Shown here piece after piece: positions 47,804 to 57,721 of a stretch of DNA of 57,721 bases (position 1 is its first letter; every line of letters begins with the position of its first letter). Source of the DNA: Macrostomum lignano. Lineage: Eukaryota. Where the stretch lies: contig NIVC01004151.1 in NCBI GenBank assembly GCA_002269645.1, positions 1 to 57,721 of the forward strand. The letters are read 5' to 3'. The notes under the pieces are model-generated. The model had not been told where the DNA came from and did no database searches. It worked only from the letters and a program-made list of their open reading frames with translations. Both the position numbers and the translations under genes were made by a program.

Positions 47804-50800
47804 ATGCAACAGAGCCTAAAGCTTCCACAGCAGCAGTCGCCATCCCAGTCCAAGCAGCCTGAATCGGTAAATCAGCGACCAAGTGTCACAATGTCCATAA
47901 AAGTTCGCGACAACAATGTACCCTTAGTAAAAGGAATCGAAGCTTACAAGCACACAAAACGACGATGCCTGGAGCTGTCGAACGGTGCCAGTGTTCTTCT
48001 TATTAGCTGGTCAAACTTGGAGCAGATTCAGGGCTTCTTCGATCCCTACAGCGTGTTTCTTTGCGTGAACCTCAACATTGGCCGGCTTCACGACCCACCC
48101 GATTGTGTAGGCCTTGCCGAGTTGTGCCAACGACTGACGCTCTGCGGCTCCAAAAAATATCCGAACGACGAGCAGGCTGGTAAGTCAGTCAGTCCGTCTG
48201 AATCTGCTTGGCTAATTTCGCGGTGCGCTGTGGCTTTTTAAAATGGAACAGCATTTCAGCTACTAGCTGAAAGACCTAGTAGGGACGATTGACAATTCAC
48301 CTGAACACCAAAATCTCGTTAACCGCTTGGTGATCAGGATGCTAGCACACCACCGGTACAGTATACGATCGCTACTCGTACGACGTACACGTTGCTCTGG
48401 TGCATCTATAACTGGTTAAAATGCCACGACGATTGATGGTTCAAGTTATTGAATCACTCTAATCGCAGTCTGTGCAGCATAACGGCGCCAATTTAGGCCC
48501 TCAAGCAAGGCTGACTGCTGTATGGGGTTTGTACGCTCTTAATTATAATAGGAATCATGATCGAAAGGACTGCAGTTATCATTATTTAATAAGAATTGAT
48601 TGCACCTGTCCCGATTGGGCCGGTTGTGCAACTGACAGCTCACCCGCAGCTATTGCGTGGCGCATCTGAAGGCTGCGTAATGGCTGTTTAGTCCAAGGAC
48701 TGGGAGGTAGCCACACACCCTCAATAACCCCAGCTAATGCTGGGTACCCATTTTACAGCTGGGCGAACTGAAGCAATGTAGAGTTAAGTGTCTTGCTCAT
48801 TGCTCAAGGACACAAATTGTTCTAGTGGGATCTGGAATCGAACCCCCGGACCTTTCATTAGGGAGTCCAATGTTCTAACCACTAGGCTGCAATCCAGTTA
48901 ACATTTAGTAATGTTAATAAACATTGTTTAGTATAATATCCGTGTTTGTTTTGTACATTGTTCTGAAAAAAAGTTTTGGTGTATAAGAGATCCCTAGGGA
49001 AATCGAAATTTGGTTCTTACTCAAGAAAAAATGCGAGTTGCTGACAAAACTGCGCCTAATTTGCAGGTCTGCTCACGAAAGTTCAGAGAGAAAGCAGCTC
49101 ATACTCAGAAGAGATCACAATCGGGCAGCCGCAACAAGAAAGCCATAGCAACTCAATATTGTCCGAATCATTCGATTTCGACCCGCTCGCTCGAATTGAG
49201 GTCACCGAGGATCAGACAATTTACACTTTTACCCTGGAAACCAACTATCAGTTGGAGATGTTTCTGGACCATCTCTGCGCCGGGTTGCAGTGTCCGCTGT
49301 TTAACAAGACGGCAGTGGAGCGGCAGGTGCAAATCTGGCAGGCAGTCTCTAAGACGAATGCGCCCTCCCTAATAGACCAGTTAGAGCACTGCTCGGGTGA
49401 CGCCAAGCATCCCTACAACCGGCTGCACCGTCAAAGTGGCCGAACTGTTGATAAATTATCTACCGATGAGCTAATTAACCAACTGAAAGAATTTCACTCG
49501 AAAAACTATTCCGCTAATCTGTTGCGATTGGTGCTGTCGTATGCGAAGACACTGGACGAAATGGAGGTTGGTAAAAGTCGTTAATATGTGGTTGTAAAGA
49601 TTACCATGGCTATAAATAAATTATGCACCAAATACTCGAATTGACAGGCAATGGTGCTGGAGTCTCTGGGTGGAATGCAAAATTTATCGCTTCCACGTAT
49701 TCGCTTTCCTCGTCACCCGTACGATGGTACGGAAATGGCAGTAAAGGTAAAATTGTGCCGTAAGCCTGAAGCCAATTCTTTCAAAGTATTTCAATTTTTA
49801 TTGCGCCAAGAGACACAAAAAAGTTTATTAAAATAAAATGGCAACACACTAAAATTCAGCCACAAGCAAAGCTAGCGTTTTAAGATAGCGATAAACGCTA
49901 CTGCAAAGAAGGGCGTCGTATGTTTTGGGCAGCCAATTTTGGGGTCATGTCCCCCTTGACCAAAGATCATATATACACAAGATAGGCGACTTTTCATTAA
50001 CCACTGGCCATAGAAGCTAATGTGAAAAATTTTGCTACTCGCGATAGCGCGAAGATCAACTACTGAACTCCATTTCGTCAGTAGTTTCTGCAGTGCGTGC
50101 GTCGTTATTAGTTTGATTGAGTAGTAGCTTTTATTTAATTTATGAGAAACAGCTAGGGAACCAGGAGCAGAGACTTTTGCATAGTATTGGATTAAAATTT
50201 GACCTTTTTAGAACATCCATTATGCATTGGTGTGTTTAAGAAGCTTTAAATGCTGGCTAATCAATTTTACCCTTTTGAGTATAACGCACGTCAGTAAAAC
50301 AGTTTCAAAGTCCAGTGTTTACTATCGAAATGTCTATAAATAGCAACAGTACTTTACGTTTGCAGAAGGTCTTGATTGTTTATTATTACACTAATTACAA
50401 TATTTCAGATATAATTGGCCTTATGACACATATTTAATTTTGCTAATTTTTACGTTTTCCCAGACATCGGAAGTCGTTTCCTTTTACGAGTATTTCATTG
50501 AACCCAAAAACAGATCCAATGAAAAATTAAAGCAACAACATTAACCAAGTAATTATTCGAATAGAAAAGTTTTAATAGTACTACCAATAGTCGTTCAGAA
50601 TGAATAATATTACTATTAATAAGCCAAATAATTAGCAAAGTTAAATCCGTGGGCTTTATTATATAATCTACGTGGTACTACTCACAAACATAATATATTA
50701 ACGGTTTGATAGTACAATGTAGTAAAAACTGTTTTACTGCCGTGTACAGCTGATTTATAAGAAAATCTAGTATAGCGTCTTTCTACGTGTTCTTCATTCC

Positions 50801-53794
50801 TCTGTGCCCCCATGGCTACATGTACGCCACCACCAACAAATTCTAGGAGAAATGGTGATAAGACATTGAAAACCTATCAACTCATTCTCTAGGTTCGCAT
50901 CAAAGGTAAATCTCTCGGTGGAATTTACATTGTGTTCGCACTGCCCGACCAGTCTACTAAGTATCTGTCGTCGCCAGATTTATTCTTAACCTTTCTGATG
51001 CACGTTGACGAGCGCGGCGGGTTGCAAGACTGTCTGCACAGATTCGGACTGGGCTATTGTCAGTGCCGACTGTTGCCTAGCGGCAATCTAGGCTTTGATT
51101 CGTACTGCATCGCCATCAAAGGCATGTGTAAAGTTCGCGATGCGGAGAACAGAGTGAGTAGATCTATATGTGCTCAGATTATATAAAGATTGGTCAAAAT
51201 GCATATTAAATAGTCTCGCTGTAGAACGGAGAGGTGAACTTAGGTACGCGGAGTGGGGCTCAAAGTAAAGCTCGAATCACTGTGGAAATCTTACCAGACC
51301 AGTTCGGGACACTCGGCAGGGTTTCATGGTAGGAAGTTTATCAGACACATCACGAACTAGCTGGGACACTTACGAACAACTATGCGCTATCGTGAAAGGG
51401 GTTGTCTTGCGATTCAGAGCCATGAGGCTAATCCCCAAGGTACAGAACGTGTACATAACCTGACAAATAAAATATCAGGGCCGATGTACACCCTGTGTGA
51501 GAGCGTTTATGAGTTCCCAGTGCCTGCTTACAGTATTGGTACACTTGTATGGGATCAGGAGTCTGCAGAGTGGGCTGAATTGCTAAACGGCTGGTTGTAG
51601 GACGATGTAGCCAAACGCGTTGCACCATAATTAATGAATAATTAACAATAAATATATGCACTTGTTTCTGACCCGTGTAACGAATCAATACTAGACTTCC
51701 ACGTATTATACATTTTCATGTACACCTGTTATATTTAGCGCTCCATTTGCCAACACGCAGGCAATTACAGCAGTGTTCCGCTACCTGGCCTTACTGCGCG
51801 CCGTTGGCATTAACGAGCTTCAACGTAGAGAAATTTGTAAAACGCACGAATTGACTTATAATCCATTTAGTTTGACCGAGTTCGGTCCGCCGCCCGAGTG
51901 CCTGCCGCGGCGCATGCAGCGATATCCGCTCAGAGACCTGCTGGTAGCTCGTTTTAAAATGTCAAACACCGGGTCCGGCGTGCTCGTGGAATTCCTTAGT
52001 AGCTTATCACCGGATCGCTGCAAAGTTTTTGTTTCCGATACCAATGCCAGCAATAGGGAAGGTGCAACCAGTCAGTGTAAGTATTTTTGCCATTACAGTT
52101 TGGAAGTGACAAAAACAATTTGAAAAACGTTGGCCATATATATTATACTTCAGTTGGTTGATCAGATGTTGTCAGCACTCATTTTAGCGCCGCAGGCACT
52201 CATTTTGGCGCGGCGGGCACTCATTTTAGCGCCGCAGGCACTCATTTTGGCGCGGCGGGCACTCATTTTAGCGCCGCGGGCACTCATTTTGGCGCCGCGG
52301 GCACTCATTTTGACGCCGCGGGCACTCATTTTGGCGCCGCAGGCACTCATTTTGGTGCCGCGGGCACTCATTTTGGCGCCGCGGGCACTCATTTTAGCGC
52401 TGCAGGCACTCATTTTAGCGCCGCGGCACTCATTGGCGGGGGCACTCATTTTGGCGCCGCCACATTTTGGCGCCGCGGGCACTCATTTTGCGCCGCGGGC
52501 ACTCATTTTGGCGCCGCAGGCACTCATTTTGGCGCCGCCGGCACTCATTTTGGCGCCGCAGGCACTCATTTTAGCGCCGCAGGCACTCATTTTAGCGCCG
52601 CGGCACTCATTTTGGCGCCGCGGCACTCATTTTGGCGCCGCAGGCACTCATTTTAGCGCCGCCGGCACTCATTTTAGCGCCGCAGGCACTCATTTTGGCG
52701 CCGCAGGCACTCATTTTAGCGCCGCGGGCACTCATTTTGGCGCCGCAAGCACTCATTTTGCGCCGCGGGCACTCATTTTAGCGCCGCGGGCAGTCATTTT
52801 GGCGCCGCGGGCACTCATTTTGGCGCCGCGGCACTCATTTGGCGCCGCGGGCACTAATTTTGGCGCCGCGGGCAATCATTTTGGCGCCGCGGGCACTCAT
52901 TTTAGCGCCGCGGGCACTCATTTTGGCGCCGCGGGCACTCACTTTAGCACTCATTTTAGCGCCGCAGGCACTCATTTTGGCGCCGCAAGCACTCATTTTG
53001 GCGCCGCGGGCAATCATTTTGGCGCCGCAAGCACTCATTTTGGCGCCGCGGGCAATCATTTTAGCGCCGCACTCATTTTGGCGCCGCAAGCACTCATTTT
53101 AGCGCCGCGGGCACTCATTTTGGCGCCCCAGGCACTCATTTAAGCACCGTTGGCGACGCCCCTGCCCCTGCCCTTCATCTGACCCCACCCCCAACTAGAG
53201 ATTAAAAGCTTTGTAATACATCGGTATTGGCGCAAAAGTAGAGAACTTTATAATCAATATCAATATACTGTAAATATTCGTAAACAAAGTAGACATCGTC
53301 ATAAATATATAGATGATGTCAAGACACAAAAATGGAGTCAGAACACAGATTTTGGGGGACGCAAAGAGGTACATTTACGTGGGCATAAATAATAAAGAAA
53401 AAAGGGTAAAATTTAAAAGCAACGAAGAATACACTGCAAAAACTTTTTTACTTTTTTTACAAAGGGTCTAAGTGTATTCGGCCAAGTACTATTAGATTAG
53501 CTTCTTGCCACATAACTAAGTTTAGGTTTTCACGAGCGTGAATGACAGAATCATAAGGCCAGTTGAAGTGTCAGTTATCGATAGTATCATTTTTTTCACA
53601 GCCCCAGACAGCAGCAAGCCGGAGAGCGCGTCAAGTTTACAGTGGAGAAAATTCCATCGGAGCTCCTGTCGGCTTGGGCCGCCAGCTGGCCGTCGAAGTC
53701 GGAGTTCGATGCCGACTTTATTCTGACACCGATCGGTCCCAATCCGACGCTGCCTCGTCCGCATCGATTTTTGCCCTGGAAAATTCCCTCGGAG
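47804..53794 (+). CDS. M16A module H: N-half only, probably spliced to I
   Basis: Exons 47804-48179, 49067-49566, 49648-49746, 50893-51153, 51761-52076, 53602-53794 (1 nt short at ~53620). HxxEH is replaced by ELCQR, followed by the IDE-like GSKKYP. Confidence 0.75.
48585..48893 (-). mobile_element. tRNA-derived SINE copy
   Basis: Reverse complement of head, core and tail. Confidence 0.75.
50287..50744. mobile_element. Possible MITE with CAC...GTG terminal inverted repeats
   Basis: CACGTCAGTAAAACAGTTT pairs with AAACTGTTTTACTGCCGTG; no clear TSD. Confidence 0.45.
52170..53165. repeat. Expanded 21-bp minisatellite of the hAT-like MITE, ending at its terminus
   Basis: About 45 copies of GCACTCATTTTGGCGCCGCGG, then TTGGCGACGCCCCTG at ~53150-53164. 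Confidence 0.9.
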
Positions 53795-53884
53795 GTGAGT
53801 GCGAGTTTAGCAATGAAAAATGTCTTGCTGGAAATTTTTATGCTGCCATAAATAAAATCAATAGACACATCGATTAGCAGAAGG

Positions 53885-54055
53885 ATCGTGTTCATCCTAA
53901 CGCAACGCCTTCGGCGACATCGTCTCATACCCAAGTCTGCCCATTTCGCTGACTCCTGGGCACATACAAGCGTGCAAACACTCATACACACGCTCACACA
54001 GGGTTTACATCGGTTCTAACTTTCCAATCGTCAGGCATGTAGACTCTCTGGGCCT
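53885..54055 (+). repeat. R2 dispersed repeat copy in the H-I junction intron
   Basis: Matches 5495-5670 and 8940-9140. Confidence 0.75.
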
Positions 54056-54252
54056 TAAGTTAATGCGAGTCGCATACGAGCGTAAAAACCTCCCCAGCCA
54101 ATTTTCGTGTGCACAATCCCTTATTTAATGTGGCGTTCGGAATGGGACGTGTTTACACTCTGCTCTCATTTATAATTACGTGTATACTTTGATATCTTAA
54201 GTAAGATGCCTCTTTAAAGTCGCTCATAATAATCCGTTTCTCTACCCTACAG

Positions 54253-57200
54253 TTCTCTACTATTCGATCAGAGTCTTCAACGTTGATAAAATCTCGTTGC
54301 AACGATCTCGGGGCACCGGTGTCGCTCGAATACGCTACGACAAGGTGCAACTGCTTGGAGTTAACGAACGGCGCCCAAGCCATTCTGCTGCACAGCGAAG
54401 GTCTTGAAAATAAATCATTCGTCTGCGTCAGCCTTGGCGTCGGTCGGTTGCACGACCCACCGGACTGTGCGGGACTGGCTCAGCTGTGCCAGCGCCTGAC
54501 TCTGCTTGAGTCGAAGAAGTATCCAAACATAACCGAGTGCTTGCACAATCTTCTCTATATAAACAGCTATCAAGGGTCGCCGTACTACGCGACGAGCGTT
54601 TCCGACGACCAGACAACTTACCGGTTCGAAATCGACAATTCATTCTTACATGAAAGTCTAGACCGTCTTAGTGCGGGTATCCTGAGCCCTGAATTTACCG
54701 AGTCTAGTCTTACCCGTGAGCAACATCAGAACTTCTACAGTTGCAAGATTTCTGCCTTGGATTGCCTACAGCGCAGCTCGGGAAATTCAACTCATCCGAT
54801 CAATCACCTGATACAGGGCAATAATAAGACCGTGGGTTTGCTTGAGTTCAAAGAGCTGCACAAGCATCTAACTAGCTTTCATTCGCGGTACTACAGCGCT
54901 AATCTGCTGCGTGTAGCAGTGTCTAGCAGCCACAGCATGGAAGACATAGAGGCAAGAGATCATTTTTATGTCACTTTTTTAATTGAGTCAGGGGTGCTAA
55001 ACAAACAGTTTAATGTTTCAACAGGCAATGGTTCTCACAGCATTCGGTGGAATGCCGAATCTGTCAGTATCGCCGCTGTCCTGCTATACTCACCCGTTCG
55101 AGGGCTCTAAGTTGGGCGTCAAGGTAAGCTTTATCTCTCTCATGGTCTCAATTACCAGGACCACTAGAAATTGTGTCGTATCAGAATTTAGCACTTACCG
55201 TCTATGAAAAAATCTAATTGAAGGCTAAATTTCGCTCAAATTTGCGATCGTCGTAATATCGATCGTAGGAGGTAAGAAATTGTCGAATAAGTGATTGAAG
55301 ACGATAGAACGTAACTGCTACGTCCTGATGCAAACTAAGCTTCTAGTGATCATTCAAGATTTTTACAGGGCTTATAAATAATAACTTTGCATTACCTAAC
55401 TTGTCCAGATTCGAGGAAAGTCATTAAGCCTCGCGGAGCGCTGCACATCGTGTTTCCTCTGCCCGACCAGACGGAGTTGTACAAAACCTCACCCGATCTG
55501 TACGTTAGTTACTTTCTCAACAGTGACTGCGGCGGCAGTTTAAACGCCTGTCAGGATCAGCTCAATATTGCAACAGTATCCGCCGGGATGCAGAACTCCG
55601 GTTCGCTAGGATTCGATTCGTATTGTGTGACAGTGTTATTATCGAATACTACTGATCTAAGTAAAGCTGATCTGATTAAAACTGAGAACAATGTGAGTAC
55701 TTTATAAACAGAGCAGGATTATTTACAAAAAACAAGTTAGTCGGGCCTTTGGACACTGCCGAAAATAAAGGTGGCAGTCTCTCTAGCCATGACAGATGAA
55801 GGCAGTGCAGGTAAAGGCCGGTTCACATTACCACTAATTGCTATGCTGGTCAAAGATTGCCCAAACCAACAATGCACAGTCGATTCAGGTTCATTTAAAA
55901 AATAAATTTGAGCAATATTTTGTCCCCAGAGTTACTGATGGTACTACGAAGTGGTCTTCTAATAATATTGTAACTTTAAATTTCTTACATTCTTCGGACG
56001 TCCAATACTTAAGCTTATAACTTATTTTGCTTTTTAACTGTGTAGATAGACACTTTCAACAACCTTCACCTATCAAACCATTTTAAAATCTGTAATAAAT
56101 ACTCGTGCTATTGCTAGCTATATTTTATTGATGTTAACGTGGACGAATCTCAACATTTTTAGGCAATAACAGCCGTATTCCGGTACCTAACAATGCTGCG
56201 ACAGCTGGAGCCTCGGGAGTGTCTGTTCAACATGGTCCGTCTTGCTCAAAGAAGGCTGTTCAATTTCGACCGCGAAGGCGAGTGCATGGCGCCGGGCAGT
56301 GAAAAACTCGACCCGTTGCAGCGGTTCTGCGATGAGTCGCTGCAGGTGCATTTGCAACGGTATCCAGTTAAGGAGCTGCTTACTGCTAGAAGTGGCGCCA
56401 AGCTTGAATACTCGGCACAGGATATCGCGGCATTCCTTCGCTTGCTTGTTCCAACCAACTGCAAGATTTTCGTCTCCGATTTTGGAGCAGATGCCGATCA
56501 CGAGTGCTCGTTGTTAAGTGAGAATTATTTCTGTTTCTTATGGTGTATTTTTACCGCAGCACCAATCTGCTCATCTTTCCTGGTGTGATAAACGCAAGGG
56601 CGTTGCCAGAATTCTTCTTTGGGAGGCTGAGTCGTCTGGGGCTTTAGCACAAAGGGCTTTAGCACCAGGGGCTTTAGCACAAAGGGCTTTAGCACCAGGG
56701 GCTTTAGCACTCTAGGGCGCCAGCACCAGGGGCACCAGCACCAGGGGCGCCAGCACCAGGGGCGCCAGCACCAGGGGCGCCAGCACCAGGGGCGCCAGCA
56801 CCAGGGGCGCCAGCACCAGGGGCGCCAGCACCAGGGGCGCCAGCACCAGGGGCGCCAGCACCAGGGGCGCCAGCACCAGGGGCGCCAGCACCAGGGGCGC
56901 CAGCACCAGGGGCGCCAGCACCAGGGGCGCCAGCACCAGGGGCGCCAGCACCAGGGCGCCAGCACCAGGGGCGCCAGCACCAGGGGCGCCAGCACCAGGG
57001 GCGCCAGCACCAGGGGCGCCAGCAACAGGGGCCAGCAACAGGGGCACCAGCACCAGGGGCTTTAGCACCAGGGGCTTTAGCACCAGGGGCGCCAGTACCA
57101 GGGGCGCCAGCACCAGGGGCGCCAGTACCAGGGGCGCCAGCACCAGGGGCGCCAGCACCAGTGTGTAAAGTACATTGCCATAAAAAATCCGTCGTATTTT

Positions 57201-57420
57201 CGTCCGTCACTCCCCAGCACCTGGCGGCAGTCTCTGCTGCAAGCCGAAGAAGGCAAACGAGCTGCACACGCTGGAAAAGCTGCCATCGGATCTTCTCACC
57301 GCCTGCTCAGCCAGCTGGCCAACTGCCTCCATCATGGCGGACACTTTGATCAAGCGCGCCAAGGGAAAACTTGTTTATCAGTGCCGATTTTCAACTTAAA
57401 TCGAGAGAGAAAAATTTGAG
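54253..57420 (+). CDS. M16A module I (N-half visible; continues beyond the window)
   Basis: Exons 54253-54951 (GC donor), 55025-55123, 55409-55692 (1 nt short at ~55433), 56163-56517, 57218-57420 (internal frame slips). HxxEH is replaced by QLCQR. It begins at a strong acceptor, TTTCTCTACCCTACAG. Confidence 0.75.
56640..57160. repeat. 15-bp intronic minisatellite (GGGGCGCCAGCACCA)n
   Basis: About 33 copies; source of the spurious ORFs at 56525-57267. Confidence 0.95.
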
Positions 57421-57721
57421 GTATTCAATAATCTTTATTTATGTTTTACTATGCTTCTGCAAGGGAAACTAGCAAGTAGGTAGTGGTTTGTCGTGCAACC
57501 AGGGCCAGATCCTGATCCAGATCCTACCAGACAAAATCAAGTAGAAATCTCTATGTATTAGTTCAGTACATGTACCTTGATTATGTGCTATTTGATATCT
57601 TTGCACTCAAAGCAGTCTTGTTTAGATCATAGTTTCTAAGAAACCAAAGAGACGGCAGTCCTTGCTCCTTCCACGTCTAATTTTAGTCGTCCGGTCCTCA
57701 GCAGCTGCTGATCAAACAGTT

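Noticed and set aside
52130-53143. 337-aa (ALILAP)n ORF and antisense ORFs
   Set aside because: 21-bp MITE minisatellite in an intron of H.
56525-57267. Collagen- or silk-like (GAGAP)n and (WCWRP)n ORFs
   Set aside because: 15-bp minisatellite open in most frames on both strands, and intronic.

Overview
Intron-rich eukaryotic (invertebrate-like) genomic DNA. The repeat content reminds me of the flatworm Macrostomum, but that is only an impression. About 54 kb is a tandem cluster of divergent insulysin/nardilysin-like (M16A) genes. I rebuilt them exon by exon from GT/GC-AG sites and intron phases: A (minus strand, complete), B (plus, complete, head-to-head with A), C (3' fragment), and three pairs D-E, F-G and H-I. 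In each pair an N-half-only module sits directly upstream of another N-half module and can be spliced to it in frame (phase 0), which predicts N-N-C proteins of roughly 1550-1700 aa. All eight N-terminal modules have lost the HxxEH zinc motif and the third zinc-ligand region, so they look like pseudo-peptidases. Positions 1-2343 hold a TIR element ending in the Polinton/Maverick-type terminus ...CTACTACT. It carries a tandem PC4 (ssDNA-binding fold) gene that the ORF track only half shows. Introns contain tRNA-derived SINEs, a second dispersed repeat, hAT-like MITEs with expanding minisatellites, a possible solo LTR and several tandem arrays. Many reading-frame breaks are single-base losses in short homopolymers and may be assembly errors. 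All homology calls come from motif recognition by eye, with no database search.
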